Shown here piece after piece: positions 39,178 to 50,272 of a stretch of 64,000 nt of DNA; position 1 is the stretch's first letter; every line of letters begins with the position of its first letter. The stretch spans positions 64,001 to 128,000 of the forward strand of contig CAWEJX010000009.1 in NCBI GenBank assembly GCA_963809485.1, written 5' to 3'. The DNA comes from an uncultured Acidobacteriota bacterium (GTDB lineage: Bacteria; Acidobacteriota; UBA6911). The position numbers were made by a program, and so were the translations under genes. A model generated the notes under the pieces. That model ran no database searches and was not told where the DNA came from. It saw only the letters and a program-made list of their open reading frames with translations.

Positions 39178-41343
39178 ATGATCCTGGGTCCCGACTCGCT
39201 GCTGGTGGTGGACAATGATGATGCAAACCGTGATCATACGGTCCAGTGTTTACTGAAATGCGGAATTGACGCAAAAGCGGCCGCCAATGCCGGAGAGGCA
39301 TTAGCATGGATCGATTCCCGACGGATCGATCTGGTGCTCCTCAGCCTCTCAACGCCCGGCATGAAGGGGATAGACGTCCTCTCAATCCTCCGCAAAACAC
39401 ATACGCCCGAAAAACTCCCCGTCCTGCTGATCATGGACAAGGCCGGAGCCGAAGAGGAGGCTGCGGTGCTGGCGGCGGGCGCAAACGATTTCATTCCCAG
39501 GCCCGTCGTCTTCCCCGTAATGCTTGCCCGCGTGCATGCGCATCTGTCGCGCAAGCGCGCCGAGGATGCGCTGCGTGATAGTACCGAACGCTATTCCCTG
39601 GCGGCCCGCGTCGCCAACGACGGCCTCTGGGACTGGGACCTCGTCACGGATAAGATCTATTATTCCACCCGATGGAAGCTGATGCTCGGCTGGGAAGAAC
39701 ATGAAATCAGCACGGATCCCGACGAGTGGTTCCGGCGCATCCATCCCGATGATGTCGACCGGGTCCGGGCGGATATCACGTCGCATCTCGAGGAGCAAAC
39801 ACCCATTTTTGAAAACGAATACCGGGTGCTTCACAGGGATGGGAATTACCTCTGGATGCTCTGCCGTGGGCTTGCCGTCCGAAGCTCCGAGGGGAAACCT
39901 TTGAGGATGGCCGGATCTCAGACAGATATTACACGGGGAAAAGTGGTGGACATCCTGACTGGGTTGCCCAACCGCGTCCTCTTTATGGACAGGCTGGGCC
40001 GCTCTTTTGAGCGGGCCAAGAGACAGAAGGATAAAACCCTTGCCGTGATCTTCCTGGACCTGGACAGCTTCAAACTGATCAACGACAACCACGGACACCT
40101 TATGGGCGATCAGCTGCTTGTCGCTATTGCGGGCCGGCTCGAAGCGACGGTGAGATCCAGCGACAGTGTCGTCCGGTTCGGGCGCAACCACACAATCGCG
40201 CGGCTCGGCGGGGACGAATTTACCATACTGCTGGAGGATATCTGGAACGCACAGGACGCGACACAGGTTGCGGAACGCCTTGCCAAAGAACTGTCGATAC
40301 CGTTTGTTGTCGGCGGCCAGGAACTGTTCCCCACCGCCAGTATGGGTGTTGCCCTATACAGCCCTTCCTACAGCACTCCGGACGAAATGCTGCGCGATGC
40401 GGACACGGCCATGTACAGCGCCAAGGCTCTCGGCAAAGGGCGTTACGAAGTTTTCGACGCGGGCATGCGCGCTCACACCATAGCCCGCCAACAGCTGGTC
40501 ACAGAACTTCGGCGAGCGCTGGAACATAAGGAGTTCGAGCTTCATTATCAATCGCTGGTATCGCTGGAAACAGGCAGGATCTGGGGGGTTGAAGCATTGG
40601 TCCGGTGGCGCCATGCCACCCGGGGGCTCGTTTCGCCCAAAGAATTCATACCCGTCGCGGAAGAGAGCGGACTCATAGTCGGGCTTGGCCAGTGGGTCCT
40701 CGAAACGGCTTGCCAGCAGATGCGCACCTGGCAGTCGCGTTTCCCAGACGATCCGCCGCTGTTCATCAGCGTCAACCTCTCCGCCAGGCAGTTGCTTCAG
40801 ACCGACCTTGTTCAACAATGCCGCGCAGTTCTTGAAGAAACCCAACTGATGCGCAACAGCCTCAGCCTGGAGTTCACCGAAAGCGCGATGATGCCGGATC
40901 CGGAATCCGCAATCAAATTGATGTGCCAGCTCAAAACTCTGGGCATCAAGATCGCCCTTGATGATTTCGGTACCGGCTATTCATCGCTCGGCTACCTGCA
41001 TCGCTTCCCGATCGACAGCCTCAAGATCGACTGTTCATTCGTATCCCGGATGATGAAGGATGACGAAACCGTCCGCACCATTATCAGCCTGGGACAAAAT
41101 CTGGGATTGAGGGTGATCGCCGAGGGAGTTGAAACGGCTGATCAGGCCGCAAAGCTGCGGGAACTGGGATGCGAGCTCGCTCAAGGCTATTACTTCTCGG
41201 TACCGGTCAGCGCCCAGGAAGCCACGGATATGCTGGCCGCCAATCGCCATTGGGCCACATCCATCAAATCCGCAAAATTCATGCGCGGTGACCGCCGGCA
41301 GGGAACCGTCATCGCGCCGCGCCGCTATGTCCGCTCCGGCTGA
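39178..41343 (+). CDS. REC-PAS-GGDEF-EAL c-di-GMP signalling protein
   Basis: REC-like N-terminus, PAS (DGLWDWD, IHPDD), RLGGDEF, EALVRW and DDFGTGYSS. Confidence 0.93.
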   Translation: MILGPDSLLVVDNDDANRDHTVQCLLKCGIDAKAAANAGEALAWIDSRRIDLVLLSLSTPGMKGIDVLSILRKTHTPEKLPVLLIMDKAGAEEEAAVLAAGANDFIPRPVVFPVMLARVHAHLSRKRAEDALRDSTERYSLAARVANDGLWDWDLVTDKIYYSTRWKLMLGWEEHEISTDPDEWFRRIHPDDVDRVRADITSHLEEQTPIFENEYRVLHRDGNYLWMLCRGLAVRSSEGKPLRMAGSQTDITRGKVVDILTGLPNRVLFMDRLGRSFERAKRQKDKTLAVIFLDLDSFKLINDNHGHLMGDQLLVAIAGRLEATVRSSDSVVRFGRNHTIARLGGDEFTILLEDIWNAQDATQVAERLAKELSIPFVVGGQELFPTASMGVALYSPSYSTPDEMLRDADTAMYSAKALGKGRYEVFDAGMRAHTIARQQLVTELRRALEHKEFELHYQSLVSLETGRIWGVEALVRWRHATRGLVSPKEFIPVAEESGLIVGLGQWVLETACQQMRTWQSRFPDDPPLFISVNLSARQLLQTDLVQQCRAVLEETQLMRNSLSLEFTESAMMPDPESAIKLMCQLKTLGIKIALDDFGTGYSSLGYLHRFPIDSLKIDCSFVSRMMKDDETVRTIISLGQNLGLRVIAEGVETADQAAKLRELGCELAQGYYFSVPVSAQEATDMLAANRHWATSIKSAKFMRGDRRQGTVIAPRRYVRSG

Positions 41344-41369
41344 CCCTATCTACCGGAGATTCGGCAGAC

Positions 41370-43034
41370 CTACCATGGCAGACTGCGCTCTTTAGGATCA
41401 GGGCAATAGTCCCGCTCCCTGTAGAAGAAAGCATCAAAATCAGCCGGGCGGCCGCTCCCCGTCATGTCCTGGCAGCACATTCCGATAAAGGATCCCGTAA
41501 AATTCGGATTTCCGGGAGGCCCGGCTTCATCGGAAAGAATGCTGGCGTCGAGGGGTCCGGTAAGCCAATTCCATTCCGCGTTTCGGACACGATAAGCAAA
41601 ATAGAGACGTTCCTTGTCGACCTCAACCCTGAGTGAGACCGGGGAACCGGCCGGGATAGGAACCGGAGGCGTGAAAACGTCCGATTGAGGCTGATCGGGA
41701 AGACAGGACATGATCCTGATATGCTTGCCCAATTCCGCGTCATGGGAAATGAACAGGTAATGAAATTTGCTCTCGTTATAGTAGCAGACCAGGCCCGCCG
41801 TCTGCTGAAAACACTCCGGCTCGAATTCCATGACGGCGCCGGCGCTGAAACAGTGAGCCTGCTGTCTGCGTGCCACGAGGGCTTGCCGGAACAGGCTGCC
41901 CAGCGATTCACAGCCATACAGGCGCAGGTAGCCGGGCCTTTCCGTAAGGCTGAAAAGCTCTCCGGGCCAGGGGGACCGCAGCCACTGAAAACTCAGGGGC
42001 AGCTTCGGATCGTCGAAGCTTTCATATGCAGGTTCCTCCGGGAAAACGTGAGGATTCAGCGCGGGAGCATCGACCTCAACGTATGGGACCCCCTCTCCGT
42101 CAAAGGTGCGCAGCCAGCCGTCTGCAGACCATTTCATGCGCTGGATGGCTGTTTCACGGCCCAGCGTACAGCGTCCCCGGTTGCGAAGAGGCCTGCCGCA
42201 GAGGTGCACCATGTAGGTTTCCCCGGTTTGTGTCTCGACAATATCGGCGTGCCCGGCGCGCTGCAGTCTCATATCGGGACGATCCCGGGAGGTTAAAATA
42301 TGGACATCGGGGTGGAGTTCGTAAGGCCCGAACAGATGGCGGGCCCTTGCCAGAGTGACGGCATGCCCCCATCCCGTCCCTCCCTCCGCCGTGATCAGAT
42401 AGTAATATCCGTTGCGCTTGTAGAGGTGCGGCCCTTCGGTGAATCCCAGCTCCGTTCCCTTGAAGATGATGGCCGTGCGGCCGATAAGACGGCATATTTC
42501 AGGGGAATATTCCTGCAGCGCAATCCCGGCGAAACGATTGTTCCCCGGGCGATAATCCCAAACCATATTCAGGAGGTATTTCCTGCCGTCTTCATCGTGG
42601 AACAGCGAAGGATCAAAACCGATGCTGTTGAGGAATACCGGGTCGGACCATTCTCCCTCAATCGATGGGCTGGTGACGAGATAATTGTGAAAATCCCTGA
42701 GTGAGACTCCGGCACTCCCTCCCTGCGTCGTCCGGCCATACCGCTTTACATCGGTGTAAACAAGAAAATAGAGGCCGCCAGCGTAACTGAGACAGGGGGC
42801 CCAGATTCCGCACGAATCGGGATTGCCCAGCATGTTGAGCTGGCTCGCCCGGTTCAGCGGGCGGGTCAACAGGCGCCAGTGAATCAGGTCCCGGGAATGA
42901 TGGATCTGCACCCCCGGGTACCATTCGAAGGTCGAGGTGGCGATGTAATAATCGTCCCCGACCCTCACGATTGAAGGATCGGGATTGAATCCCCTTAAAA
43001 TCGGATTTTGGATTTTTGCATCACTCCCCGACAT
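41370..43034 (-). CDS. GH43 beta-xylosidase/arabinofuranosidase
   Basis: NPILRGFNPDPSI, STFEWYPG, WAP, GFDPSLFHD, TEGPH and LGRET. Confidence 0.93.
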   Translation of the reverse strand: MSGSDAKIQNPILRGFNPDPSIVRVGDDYYIATSTFEWYPGVQIHHSRDLIHWRLLTRPLNRASQLNMLGNPDSCGIWAPCLSYAGGLYFLVYTDVKRYGRTTQGGSAGVSLRDFHNYLVTSPSIEGEWSDPVFLNSIGFDPSLFHDEDGRKYLLNMVWDYRPGNNRFAGIALQEYSPEICRLIGRTAIIFKGTELGFTEGPHLYKRNGYYYLITAEGGTGWGHAVTLARARHLFGPYELHPDVHILTSRDRPDMRLQRAGHADIVETQTGETYMVHLCGRPLRNRGRCTLGRETAIQRMKWSADGWLRTFDGEGVPYVEVDAPALNPHVFPEEPAYESFDDPKLPLSFQWLRSPWPGELFSLTERPGYLRLYGCESLGSLFRQALVARRQQAHCFSAGAVMEFEPECFQQTAGLVCYYNESKFHYLFISHDAELGKHIRIMSCLPDQPQSDVFTPPVPIPAGSPVSLRVEVDKERLYFAYRVRNAEWNWLTGPLDASILSDEAGPPGNPNFTGSFIGMCCQDMTGSGRPADFDAFFYRERDYCPDPKERSLPW

Positions 43035-43068
43035 ACACACCTCCGAGCAACCACGGAAGGAGGCTCAA

Positions 43069-43809
43069 TCAATAGGCCGTCAGACCCCCGTCTACCGGTA
43101 TGGCGGCGCCGTTGATGAAGGCTGCCTGATCGCTGGCCAGAAAAACGAACACATTCGCCACCTCGGCAGCTGTCGCAAGCCTGCCCAGCGGAACCTCCTG
43201 GAAGCGCTCGGCGCGCCGCTCGGGATCCGTCAGCACTGCCTTCAGCATCGGGGTATCCACGGTACTGGGATGGACGGAGACGCAGCGTATGTTTTCTTTG
43301 CCGTAGCGCGCAGCCACGGACTTGGTGAGCAGCGTCAAGGCTCCTTTTGTCGTGGTGTAGGCTTCGTTGGTGTACTTGTGACCGACAATGCCGCAGATAG
43401 AGGACATGTTGAGAATTATTCCGCCGCCCGCCGCCCGCATAATCGGCAGGGCATGCTTGATGCCCAGAAAAGGGCCTTTGACATTGACGGCAAGCATGGA
43501 GTCAAGTCCGTCCTCCGGCATCTCCTCGATATTTTTCCGGATGTTGATGCCCGCATTATTCACCAGAATATCGAGCCGGAGTTTCGCGGCAAGGATAGAG
43601 GCGAACGCGGCTTTCCAGCTCTCCTCGGATGTGACATCGAGCCGAAGAAACACGGAGCCTTTAAGCTCAGCGGCGGTTTTTTCCCCGGCTTCCACGTTGA
43701 TATCCCCAAGAAAAACCGAAGCGCCTTCCTCGTGGAACCTGCGTGCAATCTCCGCTCCCAGTCCCTGGGCTGCTCCGGAAATCAAAGCAATCTTGTCGGG
43801 CAAACGCAT
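43069..43809 (-). CDS. short-chain dehydrogenase/reductase
   Basis: SGAAQGLG, NNAG, YTTTK catalytic motif and VDGG. Confidence 0.93.
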   Translation of the reverse strand: MRLPDKIALISGAAQGLGAEIARRFHEEGASVFLGDINVEAGEKTAAELKGSVFLRLDVTSEESWKAAFASILAAKLRLDILVNNAGINIRKNIEEMPEDGLDSMLAVNVKGPFLGIKHALPIMRAAGGGIILNMSSICGIVGHKYTNEAYTTTKGALTLLTKSVAARYGKENIRCVSVHPSTVDTPMLKAVLTDPERRAERFQEVPLGRLATAAEVANVFVFLASDQAAFINGAAIPVDGGLTAY

Positions 43810-43823
43810 GATCGGCACTCCTG

Positions 43824-44753
43824 CTATTTTGCGGCCTGACGGACGGCGGCAGCGATGTGCGCCGGGGTCAGGCCATAGGCTTGAAGCAAATCCTCATAGC
43901 TGTGGGCGGATTGACCGAAACGGTCGTTGATCCCTATGGCCCTCACCGGCACGACACGGCCTTGCAGGGCTTCGCGGATCAGCGAGGCCAGGCCCCCTAT
44001 GAGCGTATGCTCTTCGGCGCAAACGACACCCTTCATACCGTCCGCCAGCGCTGCGAGGGCAGCCATGTCCACCGGCTTCATCGAGCTGACGTTGACGACC
44101 CGTGTGGAAATTGCCGCATCCGAAAGGATCCCGGCTGCCTCGAGGGCAAGGCTGACCATCTGGCCGTTGGCAAAAACCACGGCATCGCTTCCCTGCCGGA
44201 TCAGATATGGCTTGCCGGCCACAAAAGGCTCATCCGCGGGCATCACGTCCGGGACATCGTTCCTGGTAATGCGCATATAGACCGGTCCTGTATACTCTAT
44301 CAGCGCCCGGGTCATCGAGCGGGTTTCATTGCCGTCGGCCGGCACCAGGACAGTCATGTTGGGGATTGCCCGCATTATGGCGACATCCTCGACGGATTGA
44401 TGCGTTGAGCCGTCGCCGAAATCGCTCAATCCGCAGCTCGAACCGACAATCCTGACATTGAGTCCGGGTATGCAAATGCCCTGGCGGATTTGATCGAAGG
44501 CGCGGCCTGCGGCGAACACTGCAAAAGAATTGGTAAAGGGGATCTTTCCGGTCAGCGCCAGGCCGGCGGCGAATGAGGTCATGTTGGCCTCGGCGATGCC
44601 CATTTCAAAGAATCGTTCAGGGAAAGCCTGCTCGAAATAGCAGGACATCGTGGATTTGCCCAGGTCTGCCTCAAGGACCACGACATCACGATTTTCGCTG
44701 CCCAACTCAACCAGGGTTCTGCCATAAACTTCCCGCGGATTCTGAATTCTCAT
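43824..44753 (-). CDS. transketolase, C-terminal (pyrimidine-binding) subunit
   Basis: EADLGKST, MGIAEANM, DGSTHQ, GPVYMR and EEH. Confidence 0.92.
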   Translation of the reverse strand: MRIQNPREVYGRTLVELGSENRDVVVLEADLGKSTMSCYFEQAFPERFFEMGIAEANMTSFAAGLALTGKIPFTNSFAVFAAGRAFDQIRQGICIPGLNVRIVGSSCGLSDFGDGSTHQSVEDVAIMRAIPNMTVLVPADGNETRSMTRALIEYTGPVYMRITRNDVPDVMPADEPFVAGKPYLIRQGSDAVVFANGQMVSLALEAAGILSDAAISTRVVNVSSMKPVDMAALAALADGMKGVVCAEEHTLIGGLASLIREALQGRVVPVRAIGINDRFGQSAHSYEDLLQAYGLTPAHIAAAVRQAAK

Positions 44754-45601
44754 CAATCTCCGGTCCTTTCGGAGCCAAGGGCTGCGCAGGCGGCATCAAA
44801 CTGCTGCTTGTCCAGCAATCCGTTGTGAAATTCGACCCGGTTCTCCGCAAAAGGGATTCCTGCTCCTTTGATCGTCCGGGCAATAATCATCTTGGGCTTT
44901 TCCGCAACTCCGTCGGCTTCATCCAGCGCGTCCAGGATTTCACGCATATCATGCCCGTTGATTTCGCGGACATGCCAGCCGAAGGCGCGCCATTTGTCGG
45001 CCAGCGGATTCGTGTTGAAGCGCTGTTCCACCGGTCCCATAGCCTGTAGTCCGTTCCGGTCCAGCACCGCCACAAGATGGTCCAGTCTGAAAAACGAGGC
45101 GGCCATCGCCGCCTCCCAGATCTGGCCTTCAGCCAGTTCCCCGTCGCCCACAACGCAATAAACGCGGCTTTGGCGTCCTTCAATCCTCAATCCGGCGGCC
45201 ATTCCACAGGCGATAGAGAGCCCCTGGCCAAGCGAACCGGTATTGGCTTCGATGCCAGGCGTGCTTTTCAAATCGGGATGGCCCTGCAGCATCGATCCGC
45301 ACTGTTTGACCGTATACAATTCTTCCCTGGGAAAATACCCGCATTCGGCCAGGGCGGCGTACTGAACCAATGCGGCATGCCCCTTGCTGAGCAGAAAACG
45401 ATCGCGGTCAGGCCAGGATGGGTTGGCAGGATCGTGGCGCAATTTGTAAAAATAGAGGGCGGCAACCACGTCCGCGATCGAGCACGATCCTCCGAGATGG
45501 CCCCGCTGGCCAACGCCTATCATATGAACGATATCGAGGCGCATCGCTCGCGCCATGCGTTCAAGTCTTTCAATATCCGGTTGTTCCTTGATTGTTCCCA
45601 C
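44753..45601 (-). CDS. transketolase, N-terminal (ThDP-binding) subunit
   Basis: GHLGGSCS, DRFLLSKGH, LQGHP, TGSLGQG and GDGE...EGQIWEA. Confidence 0.92.
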   Translation of the reverse strand: MGTIKEQPDIERLERMARAMRLDIVHMIGVGQRGHLGGSCSIADVVAALYFYKLRHDPANPSWPDRDRFLLSKGHAALVQYAALAECGYFPREELYTVKQCGSMLQGHPDLKSTPGIEANTGSLGQGLSIACGMAAGLRIEGRQSRVYCVVGDGELAEGQIWEAAMAASFFRLDHLVAVLDRNGLQAMGPVEQRFNTNPLADKWRAFGWHVREINGHDMREILDALDEADGVAEKPKMIIARTIKGAGIPFAENRVEFHNGLLDKQQFDAACAALGSERTGD

Positions 45602-45626
45602 CTTCGGATCTTTTCTCCATGAAGGT

Positions 45627-46166
45627 CTATTTCTTTTCCGCGTCAATACCGAAATCGAATCCCCGATCGGCATAACCAAAAACGAGCAGATACTCTCCGG
45701 CCTTCAGATCCCGCTCCGGTGTGAGAGAAAAGAAGTCGTCGGAATAGGCAACGGTCGCCGTCTTGGAGATATCCTTCTCTTTGAATCCGCCCTTGTTTCC
45801 CGTTGTGGCATCTGCCGAGGACGTTTCGAAATTGCGGCTGCTCTGTTTTTGATCAAGGCGGATGATCATTGCGTCGTCCGGGGAAACGGCGCCCCGTACA
45901 TAGAAAACCGGACGGCGTTCCGGGATACGAGCGGGGGATTTTGCACCTTTGAGCACGCCTTTCGCTCCCAGGCTTGTATATCCGCCGGTGTCCACGAACA
46001 ACTCCAGACCCTTCGCCGTCATATCCGCCACGACAGCGGGCTTGAGGCTCATCCACCCGCCGCTGTTTAAACGAAAGTAGACTCCCGGGCCGGCCGGCAT
46101 GCCCGTTGGAGGCCCAGGCCTGGCAGTCTGCGCCAGTAACAACACAGCCAACGCTATAACACGCAT
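45627..46166 (-). CDS. secreted hypothetical protein
   Basis: Signal peptide MRVIALAVLLLA and a C-terminal L.P...L..GEY...FDFGI pattern. Confidence 0.65.
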   Translation of the reverse strand: MRVIALAVLLLAQTARPGPPTGMPAGPGVYFRLNSGGWMSLKPAVVADMTAKGLELFVDTGGYTSLGAKGVLKGAKSPARIPERRPVFYVRGAVSPDDAMIIRLDQKQSSRNFETSSADATTGNKGGFKEKDISKTATVAYSDDFFSLTPERDLKAGEYLLVFGYADRGFDFGIDAEKK

Positions 46167-46391
46167 TTTTTAATCCTATCACAATCCTTTTTGGGGAAAA
46201 GAATGGAAGCAGCCCCCGGCCTGCAAATGCAGTCCCAACCCCGTTATGTTGGGATCGGCGGTCCGCTGCACACCGCCATATCGGATCCGGTCCATCGGGG
46301 GATCCGCCGGCTCCGGCGGGCGATGAAGTATCAATTTGCAGCATACTGGAGCAAGCCCCTACCCCGGCGGTTCTGACCCCAACCAAGAAGA

Positions 46392-46767
46392 AGTCAGGCA
46401 CCTCCGGCAAAGCCGGAGGCTTGAAAGATTGGAACCGCTCAAAGCGGTTGGAGGAATTACGCCGGTCTTGAACGCTGACTTACGCGGGCAAAAGCCGATG
46501 AGGAGCTTCCGATCTCCGCAGGGGCCAGCGCTCCGCGCTGGACAGTTTTCTGCGGCGGCACTGTGGCAAGCGCCGTGCGGCAAGGACATGAAGAGTATGA
46601 GAAACCGGGCGTTTGCCACAGTGCCGCCGCAGAAAACTCCATCGGAAGCGCCTCATCGGCTTTTGCTCGCCGACCCTCGCTGAACAAATCGGCGTTTGTC
46701 AGCGCTTTTATCAGCGTTTCTCAGCGTTTCAAAATACGGAGCTGTCAAACGCTTTGAGTCCTCCGGC
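46392..46767 (+). mobile_element. non-autonomous IS200/IS605-like palindromic element, copy 2 (right hairpin truncated)
   Basis: Near-identical to 36447-36849 until GAGTCCTCCGGC. Confidence 0.7.
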
Positions 46768-46784
46768 TCCAGCGAGCATTCCTA

Positions 46785-47417
46785 CTATGCCGTCGTTTTC
46801 GGGGGCTGTGCCGGGGGAGGCGGGGGACCGCCGGAAAGCGACCACGATTCGGTCTCGAGCGGCTTGCAGATGATCTCGGCGATGTGGAGTTCATGAAGCC
46901 GGTTGGAAGGAGCTGCGACAGCCACCACAGCCGTATCTGCGCCCCGCCCCGTTCCCGTAACCACGACGACTCTTTCACCTGCGGCCACACAGCCGCCATT
47001 GGTGGCCATGAGCAGTATTTCATGGACAACTTTCATGCCCTGGCAGAACGTGCGCAGCATCATGGCCAGTATCGAGGGGACCCTCGATCCGTACAGATCG
47101 TCCGTATGGAAAAGCATCGTCCCGAAGTACACTCGATGCCCTTGCTGTTCTAGCTCGGGAACAAGTTCTGCCGGGAAACGCTGCCCGTCGCGAAGGAAGC
47201 CGTACTGATGCGGGATCACGACCATCTGGATATCCGTACCGGCCAGAAGCCTGGCTGCCAGAAGCGCCGTCGTCCCTCTGGTGGAAGCTATCACAATTTT
47301 TCGAATGCCGCGCGCCTTCGCGCGTTCCAGCGCCAGGCTCAGCGTCATCTCGGTATTCTGCTGTCCCGGCTCCTCAAAATAGACGATTTTTTCCTCTATC
47401 CATTTCCCTTTTTCCAC
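46785..47417 (-). CDS. stand-alone pyruvate kinase alpha/beta-domain protein
   Basis: YFEEPG..NT..TL, IVIASTRGTTA, LRTFCQGMKV..EI..MA and GTGRGADTA. Confidence 0.8.
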   Translation of the reverse strand: MEKGKWIEEKIVYFEEPGQQNTEMTLSLALERAKARGIRKIVIASTRGTTALLAARLLAGTDIQMVVIPHQYGFLRDGQRFPAELVPELEQQGHRVYFGTMLFHTDDLYGSRVPSILAMMLRTFCQGMKVVHEILLMATNGGCVAAGERVVVVTGTGRGADTAVVAVAAPSNRLHELHIAEIICKPLETESWSLSGGPPPPPAQPPKTTA

Positions 47418-47513
47418 TGCAGTATCCTCCCGGCCTGTGCGCAAATAGACTCCAGCCGCTTTCGCTTCTCCAGGACGCTCCTAAGCCCGGCTCGACAGTA
47501 ATTATCCGCTCAT

Positions 47514-48068
47514 TCATTGTCTATTGAAAAGTATCAGTCCTACGTACGCGACTGTGTTTTTTCCATGGTAAATAGGGATGCCGGCGCTTTTCTCCATCGC
47601 GATAACGTTCATGCCGTACGCTTCAACGGATGAGACCGCCTGGTCCGGATGGCGGCAAAGCGCTCCGTCGACATAGGCGCATTTTTCACAGATGCTGCAG
47701 CACCCGGCATTGAGAGGCAAAATATCTTCCGAAGGATACCGCATGCGTATCCCGGCCACCAAATCCCTGAAGACTTTTTCGTGGATTTTTGCCTTTTCCA
47801 GCATCCCTTTCATATCGAAATTGCTGGCGATGGCGTGAACCGTTTGAAACAGCAGGCCGCACTTGTAGCGCGTAGCCCGGTCCATCAGTGCGTGGATCGG
47901 ACCGATAGCCGGAGGGCCCATCCAGTTGGTATCGTATTTTCCGCAGAAGTTCTTCTCGCAAGCCTTGCGGAAATCCTCATGAAACTGAATTTGGGATGCA
48001 TCCAGAATCGCCGCATGCGTTGCGTTGGATTCCAGAGCCATTTGCACCAGGTTCTCGCCATCGAGCAT
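47514..48068 (-). CDS. DUF2284 Cys-rich predicted metal-binding protein
   Basis: C..N.CG.Y..NW..PP, AGCCSICEKC, CRHP and SVEAYGMNV. Confidence 0.8.
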   Translation of the reverse strand: MLDGENLVQMALESNATHAAILDASQIQFHEDFRKACEKNFCGKYDTNWMGPPAIGPIHALMDRATRYKCGLLFQTVHAIASNFDMKGMLEKAKIHEKVFRDLVAGIRMRYPSEDILPLNAGCCSICEKCAYVDGALCRHPDQAVSSVEAYGMNVIAMEKSAGIPIYHGKNTVAYVGLILFNRQ

Positions 48069-48170
48069 AAAAATCGACCCGCTACTCTCAGATTCCAATG
48101 TTTTAGTGTACCTTGAAGCTTCGAGGACTCAAAGGGCGAGACCCGCTATTCCTTCCGTTATCCCCCGTTT

Positions 48171-48617
48171 CAACCACCTCCGGCAGATCCGGAGGCTTGA
48201 TTGTATGCCGCTCAAAGCGGTTGGAGGAGTTACGCCGGTCCTGAACGCTGACTTACGCGGGCAAAAGCCGATGAGGCGCTTCCGATCCCCGCAGGGGCCA
48301 GCGCTCCGCGCTGGACAGTTTTCTGCGGCGGCACTGTGGCAAGCGCCGTGCGGCAAGGACATGAAGAGTATGAGAAACCGGGCGTTTGCCACAGTGCCGC
48401 CGCAGAAAACTCCATCGGAAGCGCCTCATCGGCTTTTGCTCGCCGACCCTCGCCGAACAAATCAGCGTTTGTCAGCGCTTTTATCAGCGTTTCTCAGCGT
48501 TTCAAAATACGTAACTGTCAAACTCTCTGAGCTCCCCGGCAGAGTCGGGGGTTTACCAATGTAATTATTCCAGAACTGTAAAACTCTGGGAGTCTCCCAG
48601 CAGAGCCGGGTTTACCA
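48171..48617 (+). mobile_element. non-autonomous IS200/IS605-like palindromic element, copy 3, plus a duplicated right end
   Basis: Full copy 48171-48567, followed by a degenerate second right end CTGTAAAACTCTGGGAGTCTCCCAGCAGAGCCGGGTTTACCA. Confidence 0.7.
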
Positions 48618-48636
48618 GTTTGTCTCAGGCAGCCGG

Positions 48637-50272
48637 CTAGACCGCTGCCTCTTTCGCTGCCGCGGGCTGAGGAGCTTTTTTATCCTGAACCACGGCATCC
48701 ATCGACACCTCGGGAACGGTGAGGATCAGCAGAAATGCTATCACCATGGTCACGCTGCCCAGGAGAAAAACGCTTCGCAAGCCGGCCATGATGGAAACGC
48801 GGATAGCCTCAACGGTCTGCCGGAACAGTTCCGGCCCGCTGCCACCGGCACTGCTGAACGTCTCTTGCAGGCCTTTCATTGCTGTGGGAGATAGGAGCGC
48901 TCTGGGGTCGCCCAGCGTTTTCACAGTCGCTTCATCGGCAAACTGACGCAATCCGGCAGGCGCAGAAGCTTCAAGAGATGTGGCATAGGAAGCGTTCATT
49001 ACCGAGCCGAGGACGGCAGGGGAAATCGCCATGCCCATCGTGATACTGAAAAAGATGGCGCCCATCGCCGATCCGAGCAGCCTTCTGGGCACTGCCCACT
49101 GAACGACAAGCGTATTTACGGTGGGGATCGCGCCCAGGCCGAGGCCGGCCAGGGTGACGGCCACAACGCTCCAGATAACCGGGGTTTCCGCATGGAATAA
49201 CATGATGCCGGTAATGACAGCCGCCATAAGGGCGTAACCCGCGATGTACATCCACTTGTAGCGTTTTGTCCTGGCGAGGATGAATCCGGTGGGCACACCG
49301 ACAAATGCCATCAGGACGCTGTAGGGAGTTATGATCTGACCGCTGCGCATGACGCTGATTCCCTGAACCCCCTGGAGGAAGATCGGGAAATACATCATGA
49401 TCGCCATCAAACCGAAATTGGACAGCAGGCCGGCCACGGCGACGGTCAGAAAAGTCCGGTTGCGGAAAACCTGCGGATCCATGATGGGTTCGTCAGCACG
49501 CGACTCAGCCCAGAAGAAAAGCACCCAAAAGAGCAGCGCAATCCCCAGCAGGCCGATGATCTGGACTGAAGCCCACGGGTAGGGTGATCCGGCATAGGAA
49601 AAGCCAAGGATTGTCGCCGAGGAGGCCACGGCAACCAGCAGGGCCCCTCGTACTATCGAGCTTGCGGCTGACTTTTTTGGTGACTGGCGGCACGCCGATC
49701 GGCACCATCACCAGACAAAGTATGAGGAGGGGCACCCCCGCCCAATATAGATGGCGCCAGCTCATGTTATCCACAAACCATCCCCCCAGCGTGGGTCCGA
49801 AGAGGGCAAGACAACCTCCGGGAATATTCAGCAGCCCAACCCATTTGCTGCGTTCTGCCGGCGGGAACATATCCCCCAGCACCGCGAAACAAAGAGGCGC
49901 CAGAGCCCCCGAGCCCAGACGAGCCAGTGTATTGGCGGCAATCAGGAGCGGAAAAGTCGGGCTGACCGCACTCAGGATCGTGCCCGCCAGGTAGGGAACC
50001 ATGCAGATGATGAGCATGATACGCCGCCCGTAATTGTCGGACAACTTGCTGAAAAGCAATGTCACGAAGGCAGCTGCCAGGGATGGTATGGAAATCGACC
50101 AGGAATATAGGGACATGCCGTTCAGATCGGCCGCCATCCTGGGTCTGGCAATGCCAAGCGTATGCACAAAGAAAAACACTGCAAAATAGATCAGAAAGAT
50201 CGTGACCAATCCCAGCGTAATCTGCCTCCTGGAGTAATCGCTTCCTGAGGACGGCGGCTGCAGTTGTGCCAT
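48637..50272 (-). pseudogene. MFS (DHA2/EmrB-like) transporter split by one +1 frameshift
   Basis: SKLSDNYGRR motif A and GPTLGGW. The frames join as ...RKLD/VRGALLVAVAS near 49654. Confidence 0.8.
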
